From an uncultured Bacteroidales bacterium (GTDB lineage: Bacteria > Bacteroidota > Bacteroidia > Bacteroidales > UBA932): a stretch of DNA of 64,000 bases. The stretch spans positions 32,530 to 96,529 of the forward strand of contig CAMOIT010000001.1 of NCBI GenBank assembly GCA_946616285.1. Reading direction: 5' to 3'. Within the stretch, counting starts at the first letter, position 1, and every line of letters starts with the position of its first letter. The position numbers and the translations under genes were made by a program. The notes below the pieces were generated by a model that was not told where the DNA came from, did not search any database, and saw only the letters and a program-made list of their open reading frames with translations. Below, piece after piece: positions 1-9,517 of the stretch.

Positions 1-271
1 CGGCAATGGTGTCACAGACGTCCTGGAGGCCCATTATGTCGCAGTCGGCATCAATGATGGCATCTGCTACCGCCACGGCAGAATAGCGCCACATCCTCTG
101 CGGGGAGCAGTTTCCCTTTTCGGCCTGAACGCGGCGGTTGAAAGAATTGGAAATCTCATAGGACCCGACGCGTATCGGGGTCTTGGGAGCGGCGGCGAGA
201 TTCCCGTTCAAGCCGGGAATGACGGTCAGGTTGAAAATGACGAGTAATAGTATTGTAAGCGCTCGTTTCAT
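1..271 (-). CDS. EEP (endonuclease/exonuclease/phosphatase) family secreted protein, 5' part only; runs off the window
   Basis: Not in the ORF track. Translated by hand from ATG at 271: MKRALTILLLVIFNLTVIPGLNGNLAAAPKTPIRVGSYEISNS...QRMWRYSAVAVADAIIDADCDIMGLQDVCDTIA. Clear paralogue of the neighbouring EEP domains; ATGA overlap with the upstream stop. Confidence 0.85.
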   Translation of the reverse strand, partial: MKRALTILLLVIFNLTVIPGLNGNLAAAPKTPIRVGSYEISNSFNRRVQAEKGNCSPQRMWRYSAVAVADAIIDADCDIMGLQDVCDTIA

Positions 272-2025
272 AGCTCAAAATCTGCCCAGATGGGATAATG
301 GTCGGAGATGAAGTTGATATGGAGATACTTCCGGGTGTCCACTTTGTAGTTTGTACACTTCCTGAAGCCTTTGTAAAAGATATGGTCGATTACGCCTGTC
401 CAGGACTTGCCAAAGCCGTTGAATGTGTATTTGGTGTCGGAATAAACCGCAGTGGAACGGGCGTCTTTCATCTCTTTCTGAATCCTTGCGAGCGCCTCAT
501 TGTCCAGCATACTGTTAAGGTCTCCCACTATTGCAACCGGAAGCTTCCGCTGATTGATTTCGGCCAGCCTGTCCAGAATCAGGTCCATACCCTTGACACG
601 GGCTTCCTGCCCCCTGTGGTCCAGATGTGTAGTTAGGAAAATGAACTCTTTCCCACTATCTTTCATCTTCATCCTGGCCCATACCGCAGTGCGTTTGTAC
701 CTTGCGTCCCAGCCTATGGAGCAGGTGTCGGGCGTCTCGCTGAGCCAAAAACCACCCCATTCCACCAACTCAGTGGTCTGGGTATTATAGAATATGCTGG
801 GGCATTCCCCGGTGTTCCCTCCTTCTCTGAAAAGGCCTACGTGGGCATAGGTGGGGCACTCCCTGTCCATGTATTCCAACTGGTCGTGAGTAATTTCCTG
901 GGTTCCCACAACGTCGGGCTGTACGTCGTCGAGCATGGCCGGAATGGCGAACTTGCGATGATCCCAACCGTTCTCCCAGTCGGCATTGTTGTTTCGGTAG
1001 CGTACGTTGAAAGACATGGCGCGGACCGTCTTTTTCTTTTTGGCGGGAGCGGGAAGCCCGCTGGGGCTGTAGTCCCTGAATTCCATGTTGCAGGTGAGCG
1101 GCAGATGGTCGGAAGGGTAGTGGAGAGTCCCGTCGGCAGTGGGAAACTTGCTGCGGTCTATCACGTAGTCCAGCGGCCGGAACATGTTGAACATGATATG
1201 GTCAGGCCACCACTTGCTATAACCGCTTTCGTCCTTTTTGTCCTGGGTACCCCAGGTCTTAGCATCCGCGCTCAGTCTGTTCGCGTACTTGAAGTACAGC
1301 CTGGCATCCATGAAACGGGCCTGGGCAAGTGAAAGAAAGTGCTTGCCGGCATCATCTACGTTCATGTCTCCTACCAGGATGGACGGCATGTCGTCTGGGA
1401 TATTCTCATAGGCCCATTTGCGGAGCATTTGGGCGTTGTATTTGTTGCCTTCGTGGCTCCAGGACCCGTCCTCCTGTTTCTGGGATACAAGCAGGTGGGT
1501 GCTCAGGAAATAGAACTCACGACCAGACTCCCTGTGCCTGAAATGCCCCCATACGGTGGGACGCATGGAGCCCTTGGGCGCATCTTCAGCCATTTCGGGC
1601 TTGTCGTAAACGCCGGCCATCCAGAATATTCCGCTTTCAAGGCATTCAAAGACCGAAGGCTTGTATCCGATGGCGTCATCGTAGGAAATATGGCCGTGGG
1701 TAGTGTTGGGATACAGAATCCACTCATAGTCAAAGCCACGGTCTGCGACCAGCGCACGGATATTCTGCGGTCCGTTCCAGATGCTGTCGCACACTTCCTG
1801 CAGTCCCATGATGTCGCAGTCCAGATGCACTATCATGTCGGCTACGGCCCCTGCGCTATTGCACCACAGACGCTGCTCACTTACGGCGTCGCTGCCAGTG
1901 ACATTCTTCAGGCGTGAGTCGGAAGTGAAAATATTGTATGTCCCCACTTTGAACTTGGGCATGGGATTCTGCGCCGATGCCAGAAGGGACAGCAGAAGGG
2001 AAAGGAGTATGAGGGTTCGTTTCAT
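268..2025 (-). CDS. Secreted protein with two tandem EEP phosphoesterase domains
   Basis: Signal peptide MKRTLILLSLLLSLLASA (start moved to 2025). Two motif sets: TYNI/GLQE/GDMN/PSDH and SFNVR/GTQE/GDLN/IDHI/SDH. Confidence 0.9.
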   Translation of the reverse strand: MKRTLILLSLLLSLLASAQNPMPKFKVGTYNIFTSDSRLKNVTGSDAVSEQRLWCNSAGAVADMIVHLDCDIMGLQEVCDSIWNGPQNIRALVADRGFDYEWILYPNTTHGHISYDDAIGYKPSVFECLESGIFWMAGVYDKPEMAEDAPKGSMRPTVWGHFRHRESGREFYFLSTHLLVSQKQEDGSWSHEGNKYNAQMLRKWAYENIPDDMPSILVGDMNVDDAGKHFLSLAQARFMDARLYFKYANRLSADAKTWGTQDKKDESGYSKWWPDHIMFNMFRPLDYVIDRSKFPTADGTLHYPSDHLPLTCNMEFRDYSPSGLPAPAKKKKTVRAMSFNVRYRNNNADWENGWDHRKFAIPAMLDDVQPDVVGTQEITHDQLEYMDRECPTYAHVGLFREGGNTGECPSIFYNTQTTELVEWGGFWLSETPDTCSIGWDARYKRTAVWARMKMKDSGKEFIFLTTHLDHRGQEARVKGMDLILDRLAEINQRKLPVAIVGDLNSMLDNEALARIQKEMKDARSTAVYSDTKYTFNGFGKSWTGVIDHIFYKGFRKCTNYKVDTRKYLHINFISDHYPIWADFEL

Positions 2026-2026
2026 A

Positions 2027-4927
2027 TCAGTTATGGGGTACACTCGCTTCGCTCGGTATGACAATTCCGGCCCAGCCGCCGCCGGGGGCAAGCTTTATGG
2101 TAAAGGAACCGTCGGCGCTGAATAAGCGCTTTTGCCAGTCTGAAGCATTTTCAGATGCGTCAGGACCGTCTTCCCAGGCCTCAACGCTTGCAGAAGTCAG
2201 ACCAAGTGACGACAGGTCTACGGTGAATTCCCGGGCGCTCCAGTCAGTAAGTGCCCCGATGTACCAGGTATCTCCTTTCCGGCGGGCAGTTACGATATAC
2301 TCTCCTACGGAGCCTTCCAGCACACGGGTTTCGTCCCACACGGTAGGTACGCGATACAGGAAATCGGCGCATGCGGGGTCTGATTCGTATCGGGAAGGGG
2401 AGTCGCACAGCATCTGCAGCGGGCCGCGGAAGACCACGTATTCCGCAAGCTGACGGCAGCGAGTGCCCTGGCTCATGGGAGCAATCTTGCTGGGTGAGAA
2501 GCTTTCTTTAGTGCCGTTCATGAAGGCACCGGGCGTATAGTCGGCCGGCCCTGCCAGGAAGCGGATGAATGGAGCCGTAACGTCGAAGGTCACCATGTCA
2601 TAGAAGGGAAGCTCCCGTTTCCGCATCTGTTCCTGGCCGAAGATCCCCTCGTAGTTTAGCACGTTGGGAAAGCGCTTCTGGAGCCCCGTAGGAGGAGGGC
2701 AGCCGTGGAAGTCTACTACTAGATGGTATCGGGAGGCGGTTTCGGCCATCTTGAACATCGCTTCTTGGACAATCTGGTCGTTGCGGTCGAAAAAGTCTAT
2801 CTTGAAACCGGCAACACCCATTCCCGAATAGTGCCTGCATATATTCTCGATGTCCTTTGCAAAGGCGTTATATCCCGACCAGAGTATTATGCCGACGTTT
2901 TTCTTTTTCCCGTACCGGATTATTTCCTCAAGGTCCAATCCTGGGACTACAGCGAAAAGGTCGTTGGCGAACTTGACCGCCCAGCCTTCGTCCATCATGA
3001 CATACTCGATGCCGTGACGGGCTGCGAAATCAATGTAGGCCTTGTAGCTGTCAGTATTTACTCCGGGAGTGAAATCCACGCCGTCCAGGTAGAAGCCATT
3101 CCACCATTCCCATGTGGATTTGCCTGGCTTCACCCATGAGAAATCGCCTTCTGGGGCAGTTGCGAGTCGCGTGACCAGGTCGTTTGCTGCCATCTCCCTG
3201 TCGCTCCGGGCTATGCATATAACCCTCCATGGGAAGCAGCGCGGCTTCCCGTCGCAGGTGGCAATATAGTTCTCGCGGACAGTCACGATCATCTGCTGGC
3301 TCCGCTTGCCGCCCTGCTCCTCGCTGGCCGGATAAGCAGCGAAGCGGGATTCGAAGCCGCTACCGAAGGGCTTGAGGAACATGCCGGGGTAGGAAACCAC
3401 ATCCGATTCGGCAATGACCATCCTTACTGGGCCATCTTGCACAAGAGCTGGCAATACGGCCAGAGGCGGTTCCCCGTCCGTCAGGGGGAGTATAGCTTTG
3501 TCCTCGGGGCCCGGGGCCGTGTCAAGAAGAGCCTTACCGGCTGCCCAGATAGGAAGACCGGTTCGGGTGTACAGGTTCTCGAAGTCATCCTGGAAGGGAT
3601 CCGTGTTCTTGTGCGTGTATGAAAAAAGCGCCTGTGCACCGCCGTTGAAACGGAAGTCGGCCATTTCATCCATTACCTTGAAAGGCTGGCGTCTGGAGGT
3701 GAGCCATCGCCATGCAACGCCATCGTCAAATGCCCTTGCTTCCAGGGAATACCCCTTAAACTGCAGTACAAGGGAATTGTCGGCCTGCATTACCCTCAGT
3801 GGCTCGCTCTTGTCGAAAACCGTTCCGTCCGAGAGGGCCATGGAAATGGGCGAGGCGCTCACTACTTCCCGTCCGTCGCACAGCACTCGGTAGAAGATGC
3901 CCTGTTCCCAGGAAAGATCGATGCGGATGCTGCCGTCAGGAGATTCAGCGCCTTCCCATTTTATAGGAAGTGGCGCAAAGTCCACCGTCGCCGTAATGGG
4001 TAAGTGGTCCGAAGGATAGTGCAGCGTACCGTCGGCAGTAGGGAAGCGGCGGCGGTCGATCGAGAAGTCGCTGGCCGAAAAACCATTTATCATTATATGG
4101 TCCGGATACCACTTGCTATATCCCGATTCGTCCTTCATGTTCTGCGTGCCCCACGTGCGGTCTTCCGCACTCAGGCGGTCTTCAGTCTTGAATATCGTGT
4201 AGACATCCTCCCAGCGGCCTCTGGAAATGTTTATCCAGTCGGGCGAGTTATGTGCGACGTTGAGGTCTCCCACCAGTATGGACGGTGTGTCAAGGGGTAC
4301 CAGGGCTTCGCTAAGGCGGCGGATTTCCTGAAGGTTCAGGATGTTGCCGCGGTTCTTGGGCCATTCGTCGTCCTTATACTTGGTTGGCACTACCGTATGG
4401 GTAGACATGAAGTAGAATTCGCGCCCCGAAGCTTTGTGTATCAGTCGCGCCCACACAAGAGGCTTGCAGATGTGCTTGGGCTCACCCTTTCTTGTCTTTG
4501 GCTGGTCAGGGTGTCCGCCCGTCCAGAATATTCCCGTAGCCAGCGTGTCGAATACGGCCGGTTTGTAGGCGATGGCCACGTCGTAAGAAATGCCTTTAGA
4601 CGTGTTGGGATACAAAATCCAATCGTATGCATCCGTGTGCCTGGCCACCATATCGCGGATCCCCAGGTCACCCTTCACGCCCCAGATACTGTCGCACACT
4701 TCCTGTATGCCGATAATGTCGCAGTCCAGGGACACAATCATGTCGGCCACTGCGGTGGCGCTGTTGCACCAGTAGCGCTGAGGCCCGGCAATCACACCCG
4801 CCTTGCCCTTTTCCACGAATCTCCTGCGGGAGTCAGAAGTGCAAAGATTGAAGCTTCCTACTTTTATGGCCTGGCCGAATGCCGCCAGGGGAAGCAGCAA
4901 GCTAAGGATGAGTACGGTCTTTTTCAT
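2027..4927 (-). CDS. EEP phosphoesterase-GH97 fusion (retaining alpha-galactosidase-like clade)
   Basis: N-terminal ~320 aa is EEP (SFNL, GIQE, GDLN, PSDHLP). C-terminal part has GH97 motifs WVKPGKSTWEWW, YIDFAA, DEGW, GFKIDF, VDFHG, NYEG, DYTPG, VPTVWDET. Confidence 0.9.
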   Translation of the reverse strand: MKKTVLILSLLLPLAAFGQAIKVGSFNLCTSDSRRRFVEKGKAGVIAGPQRYWCNSATAVADMIVSLDCDIIGIQEVCDSIWGVKGDLGIRDMVARHTDAYDWILYPNTSKGISYDVAIAYKPAVFDTLATGIFWTGGHPDQPKTRKGEPKHICKPLVWARLIHKASGREFYFMSTHTVVPTKYKDDEWPKNRGNILNLQEIRRLSEALVPLDTPSILVGDLNVAHNSPDWINISRGRWEDVYTIFKTEDRLSAEDRTWGTQNMKDESGYSKWYPDHIMINGFSASDFSIDRRRFPTADGTLHYPSDHLPITATVDFAPLPIKWEGAESPDGSIRIDLSWEQGIFYRVLCDGREVVSASPISMALSDGTVFDKSEPLRVMQADNSLVLQFKGYSLEARAFDDGVAWRWLTSRRQPFKVMDEMADFRFNGGAQALFSYTHKNTDPFQDDFENLYTRTGLPIWAAGKALLDTAPGPEDKAILPLTDGEPPLAVLPALVQDGPVRMVIAESDVVSYPGMFLKPFGSGFESRFAAYPASEEQGGKRSQQMIVTVRENYIATCDGKPRCFPWRVICIARSDREMAANDLVTRLATAPEGDFSWVKPGKSTWEWWNGFYLDGVDFTPGVNTDSYKAYIDFAARHGIEYVMMDEGWAVKFANDLFAVVPGLDLEEIIRYGKKKNVGIILWSGYNAFAKDIENICRHYSGMGVAGFKIDFFDRNDQIVQEAMFKMAETASRYHLVVDFHGCPPPTGLQKRFPNVLNYEGIFGQEQMRKRELPFYDMVTFDVTAPFIRFLAGPADYTPGAFMNGTKESFSPSKIAPMSQGTRCRQLAEYVVFRGPLQMLCDSPSRYESDPACADFLYRVPTVWDETRVLEGSVGEYIVTARRKGDTWYIGALTDWSAREFTVDLSSLGLTSASVEAWEDGPDASENASDWQKRLFSADGSFTIKLAPGGGWAGIVIPSEASVPHN

Positions 4928-6810
4928 TAGTTCACTGTGATTACACCTTCGGCTGTATCGTTGCCTGTTTCAGTATTGGTTACGCCGTTATAAAGTCCGG
5001 TAAGGGGTTCTGCAAGGAGGGTCGAGTGAGTCGGAATGTCGATTGTAATGACTCCGTTGAACGTATTCCCGGAAAGGGTGATTGAGCTCACAGAATCATC
5101 GTCCTTGGAGTAGCCCAGGATGCCGCCGCAGCGCACTACTCCGGCCTTGGATCCGTCCATCAGGATGCTTCCTGAACTGATGCATGAGCTTACCTTGTCG
5201 GTAATTACACATCCGGCGATGCCGCCGATGTTATGGTCCTGGGTCGTGGCTGCGCTTTCGTGCAGGGTGCCGTAGTTCGCGCAGCCTTCCATGCGTCCGA
5301 GCGCCTTTCCGGCAATTCCGCCCATGGAAATTTCACCCGTAAGGCTTGTGCCGGAAGCAATGACTATGTCTCCGGAATTAACATCGGCCTTGAGCGTGCT
5401 GGTGTGCTTGGAATCCATCAGGCCGATTATGCCGCCGGCGTTAAGGCCCTTGACGGTGCCGCTTATGGAGATGGGACCTTCATTTGTGCAGTTTTCGATG
5501 TAGATTGCATCGGTGCTGGCGTAATTTCTGCCGATAATGCCGCCAACCTCGACTAGCGCGGAGCCGTCGCCCACTGCTGAAATCGCAGCCTTGTTAACGC
5601 ATCCCGTCAACGTTCCGCGGGGAGCATAGCCGGCAAATCCGCCAACGCGCAGTTCCTTGCCCCACTGGGTGTAGCTGATGCTGCCTTCCGTAACGCAGTT
5701 CTGCACGGTGGCATATGTGTAAAGTCTGTTGGCCAGTATGCCTGCCCAGAATATGCTTTCGTCACCGACGATGTCGTTCTTTGAGGAGATGCTGATATCG
5801 GAATTCAGGGTAAGGTTGCGCACGCAGCCGATGAGCTCGTTGCAGAAAGCCTTCCTAAGACCGGAAATAGTGTGCCCTGCGCCGTCGAAATCCCCCTTGA
5901 ATCCCTCCATGGGTGTCCAGGTGGCGTCTCCGACGATGTCGGCCGACAGCCTTGCCTTGAGAAGCAGTTCTCCGTCAGCCACTCTGGAAGCGAAGGCCTT
6001 CAATTCGCTGTAGTTTGATATGAGAGTGACGGGTTCGGCGTTTGCGACGAACTCTGTCGAAGGAATCTCGTATACTTTCCCCGCGCCCAGCTTTACCACG
6101 CCCTTAAGCGCCGTAATTACCATTACGGACCCGTCAGAGGCGGTTATTTCAAATACTACCCCTTTGGACTGATATGAGCGGGCAACGGCAAACATGAAGG
6201 TTTTGCCGCCCGACAGGCTCACGCCGCCGGAGGGCAGGCGAAGGTGAACGGAAGTCACTCCGCTTTCGGCCCTGAGAGCGCCGCTGGAAAAATCTACGGC
6301 GAAACTGCCGGCCAGGAGAGAACCGTCGGCCGAAGAAACGCTGATATCCTTTATGGTCTTGGAACCGGTGAGAGTAATGGAAATGATTGCCGTCAGGTGA
6401 TGCATGCTGAATGATGCGTCTCCGGAATACGAATACATCGGAACCGATCCGTCGGCGATGCCACCGTTCACGTATGTCTGCACAGAAGGTATTTCCACAG
6501 CATCGGTGCGGTTGTCAGCCGCTCCGTAGATAATCCTATATGGGGGCGTGATGCCTTCATTGAAACTGAAGGAAGCAGTGCTGCTGCCGCCTGTCTCAAG
6601 TGCTTCTGAGTCCACTCCGTTCACGCGAATCTTGTCCCCTGCGCGCCACAGTATCGGATAAGTGCTTCCGGATTTGGGCCCCAGCGAGGTCTTCGTGAGG
6701 GCTGGCGGCATGGAAGCCGTAAGCGTTGACTTTTCTGCGGGGAAAGGCTCCTTTGCACAGGATATGGCCGCAAAAACGGCGGCAACTAATGGTAAAATAC
6801 TTCTTCTCAT
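4927..6810 (-). CDS. Lipoprotein: fimbrillin/type V pilin-like N-domain plus GLUG-like repeat domain
   Basis: Lipobox AISC; TKT...W..GD.I.VNG motif; FDGAGHTISGL and repeated VGGIIG/C.N.G motifs. Confidence 0.75.
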   Translation of the reverse strand: MRRSILPLVAAVFAAISCAKEPFPAEKSTLTASMPPALTKTSLGPKSGSTYPILWRAGDKIRVNGVDSEALETGGSSTASFSFNEGITPPYRIIYGAADNRTDAVEIPSVQTYVNGGIADGSVPMYSYSGDASFSMHHLTAIISITLTGSKTIKDISVSSADGSLLAGSFAVDFSSGALRAESGVTSVHLRLPSGGVSLSGGKTFMFAVARSYQSKGVVFEITASDGSVMVITALKGVVKLGAGKVYEIPSTEFVANAEPVTLISNYSELKAFASRVADGELLLKARLSADIVGDATWTPMEGFKGDFDGAGHTISGLRKAFCNELIGCVRNLTLNSDISISSKNDIVGDESIFWAGILANRLYTYATVQNCVTEGSISYTQWGKELRVGGFAGYAPRGTLTGCVNKAAISAVGDGSALVEVGGIIGRNYASTDAIYIENCTNEGPISISGTVKGLNAGGIIGLMDSKHTSTLKADVNSGDIVIASGTSLTGEISMGGIAGKALGRMEGCANYGTLHESAATTQDHNIGGIAGCVITDKVSSCISSGSILMDGSKAGVVRCGGILGYSKDDDSVSSITLSGNTFNGVITIDIPTHSTLLAEPLTGLYNGVTNTETGNDTAEGVITVN

Positions 6811-6822
6811 AATGCCGCCCTC

Positions 6823-8685
6823 CTAGAAATTGATGATTGTCTTGATGGGGAAATGGTCCGACGGCCAATGCTCCGTACCGTCGGCAGTCTGGAACTTCTC
6901 GCGTGCTACCTTGTAGTAGGATACGGTGCATCCGTGGATAAGTATGTGGTCCGGCCGCCATGTGCCGATTGCAGTTTCGGCTTTGTCGGAGTTCATGGTG
7001 CCGGGGTAGCGTAGTTCCGTGAAATCCAGGGTGCCGTCGGCTTTCATGATGTCTCGGCAGTCTTTCCAACGGCCGGAGATGAGAATATTGTAATTGGCGG
7101 CGCCGGAGTCGCAGTTCATGTCGCCGCAGATGATGGAAGGAAGAGATTCGTCAGTATAAGTGGGAGCGAACCACTCTATCAGTTCCGTGGCATTGCGTCT
7201 CTGTGCGTACTCTTTGTCATCGCCAGGACCGCCGGCATTGGGAAGGTCCAGGTGCGTAGTTATGAAGTAGAACTGCTTCCCACTGGCCTTGTGGGTGAAC
7301 TTTGCCCAGTGGGCCGGGCGATTGGTACCGTAGCCGTCTCCGCTGTAGTCTTGGGGTGCTAGAGTGCGGCTGCCTCCAAGCCAGCAACGGCCGTGTGAAA
7401 CCAGCGTAAGGACGGATTTCTTGTAAATGATTGCATCGGTGCTTCCCAGTCCGCCGCCGGTGGTATTATCGGGGAACCACGAGTCGTATTCCGTATTGGC
7501 AGCGTTGTAGATTACCCATCCGTAGCCGGCAAGTTGGTCACTAAGGAAATGGTAGTTGCCGTCATAATCCTTCCCCTTCGTCCAGGTATTAGCGGTCTTA
7601 TAAACCATATTCGTCACCTCCTGGAGCCCCATTATGTCGCAGTCCAGCCACTCTATCATCTCGGCCACGGCAAGGTAGCTGTTAGCCCAGGAACGCTGCT
7701 CCGAAACACCGGGATAAGTATCTGGATTCTCAATCACGGATTTGCGTGCCGACGGAGCCCAGATATTGTATGTTCCGGCCTTTATGGGAACCGTTGTGCT
7801 GCCGCCTGTGGCCTGCATGCTGTCGGCTCCGGCGTTTTCCTCGAACTCCACGCCGTCAATCTTTTCGTAGGAATCTGTGGAAGAGAATACCACCTCGCTC
7901 CCGCCGACATAGTTTACGGGCGTGAAAGCGGCCGCATGCGAGGCCTGCAGGGTGGCGCCGCTCATGAACATCCTGAGAGTCATGGATGAGCCTCCGTTGT
8001 CGTGCAGCACGGCTTTAAGGCCCTTGGAGTAGTTCCCTGGAGGGACAGGGAAGAAAACCTTTACACCCTCGGAGCTCAGGCTGAGCCCGCTGCCGAAAGT
8101 GATGTCCATGTAAGGCGCAGCGCCTTCCGTAGGGGTAAGGCTGCCGTCAAGTGCTCCGGCGTCGTCTTTTCCTACGGTGAACTGTCCGTATATCTTTTCT
8201 CCTTCAACTGCCGACACTTCCATATGAGTGATAAGCGCCGAGCCCTTGAGCGTGAAAAGAACAACGGTGGCAGGGCTCCGCATGGTGGCTATATCGTCCA
8301 GGCTGCCGATATGTCCGTACAACGGAATTCTTTTACCGTCAAGGAACAGCTTGTTGTCCTGGGTCGATGCCGGATACAGAATATTGTATACCGATGCTTC
8401 CACCGGCGTGCTTTCGAAAGTGAAGGATGCCTGGGAATCGCCGGCTTCCTCGGTGGTAAGCGCAACGGATGCCACTCCGTTAACACTTATGGCGTCACCC
8501 TCGCTCCATCGCATGGGGTAGGAGCCGCCGCTTTGTTCTCCAATCTCGGTTTTCGTGTCTTCTACACCGGCACGGAGGATGAAACCTCCGTCCGGGGTCC
8601 TATTGCCGTTTCCAGGTTTGGAACAGGACGCCAGTACAAGAATTCCGGCCAGGGCCAGGCAGTATAATCTACGGTATGTATTCAT
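6823..8685 (-). CDS. Lipoprotein: pilin-like N-domain fused to a C-terminal EEP phosphoesterase
   Basis: Lipobox LASC; TKTEIG...WSEGDAISVNG; C-terminal TYNI, GLQE, GDMN, PSDHFP. Confidence 0.85.
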   Translation of the reverse strand: MNTYRRLYCLALAGILVLASCSKPGNGNRTPDGGFILRAGVEDTKTEIGEQSGGSYPMRWSEGDAISVNGVASVALTTEEAGDSQASFTFESTPVEASVYNILYPASTQDNKLFLDGKRIPLYGHIGSLDDIATMRSPATVVLFTLKGSALITHMEVSAVEGEKIYGQFTVGKDDAGALDGSLTPTEGAAPYMDITFGSGLSLSSEGVKVFFPVPPGNYSKGLKAVLHDNGGSSMTLRMFMSGATLQASHAAAFTPVNYVGGSEVVFSSTDSYEKIDGVEFEENAGADSMQATGGSTTVPIKAGTYNIWAPSARKSVIENPDTYPGVSEQRSWANSYLAVAEMIEWLDCDIMGLQEVTNMVYKTANTWTKGKDYDGNYHFLSDQLAGYGWVIYNAANTEYDSWFPDNTTGGGLGSTDAIIYKKSVLTLVSHGRCWLGGSRTLAPQDYSGDGYGTNRPAHWAKFTHKASGKQFYFITTHLDLPNAGGPGDDKEYAQRRNATELIEWFAPTYTDESLPSIICGDMNCDSGAANYNILISGRWKDCRDIMKADGTLDFTELRYPGTMNSDKAETAIGTWRPDHILIHGCTVSYYKVAREKFQTADGTEHWPSDHFPIKTIINF

Positions 8686-9505
8686 AGTCAATTTCGTCCA
8701 GAGGCTCCAGTATAGCGTTTTTGGGCCAGGTTTCCTGCGGTTCGACGGGTGATGAAGAGGAGAATGCTATCGTGGGGAGTACATATGCTTTCCCCCTTGA
8801 CATGGTAATTCCGGAAGATATATTCCAGCTCATGTTTTCGCCAGAAATACCGGAAAGCGTGAGGCGAAGCCCCTTGCTGAAAGTGCCGGGAGCAAAGGGG
8901 ATGAACACCTGCACAGGCGTTCCGGACAGTGCCAGCGGAGTGTCGTACCCGATAGCAATGCTTGAACTTGCCGAATCCGGCGTCAGGGAGCCGTCGGTGA
9001 AGGATACATTGAACCTGCCTCCGATCTTTTCCCCGCCGGGAGCCGACAGTGCGATGGCGCTGATGGGCTCGTCACCTGTAACCGAAAGCAGCACACCGCA
9101 CCCTGCCTGGTGGAATATGAACAGGGCGCCAAGGTCGTCGGAACTGGCGTACATCGGGGAAACCTTTCCGTCGAAGCTGAGCTTTCCGCTCACTCCCTGC
9201 TCACCGGGGTATAGCAGGTGATATGGCGCGGACAGGGATGGGGCATTAATGCGGAATTCGGCCTCTGATGCCCCTTCAAATGCGGCCGGAAGGGCATTTG
9301 ACAGCGCCCCGTTAAGCGATATTACATCTCCTTGTGCCCAAAGTACGGGGAAACTGCCGCCGGTCTCTGCGCCCACCTGATTCTTGGTCATGGGGGCGCA
9401 CGCGGCTGCTCTCACGGTGTATTCCGCCGGGCCCTTTTCTCCCTTTTGGCAGGAGAGAAGGACCGCGGCCGAAACAACGGTAAGGAGAATATACTTTCCT
9501 TTCAT
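8669..9505 (-). CDS. Stand-alone fimbrillin/pilin-like lipoprotein
   Basis: Lipobox LLSC; same N-module as its neighbours (TKNQVG...WAQGDVISLNG); acidic/aromatic tail EPLDEIDYEYIP. Confidence 0.75.
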   Translation of the reverse strand: MKGKYILLTVVSAAVLLSCQKGEKGPAEYTVRAAACAPMTKNQVGAETGGSFPVLWAQGDVISLNGALSNALPAAFEGASEAEFRINAPSLSAPYHLLYPGEQGVSGKLSFDGKVSPMYASSDDLGALFIFHQAGCGVLLSVTGDEPISAIALSAPGGEKIGGRFNVSFTDGSLTPDSASSSIAIGYDTPLALSGTPVQVFIPFAPGTFSKGLRLTLSGISGENMSWNISSGITMSRGKAYVLPTIAFSSSSPVEPQETWPKNAILEPLDEIDYEYIP

Positions 9506-9517
9506 GACAGGAAATTT

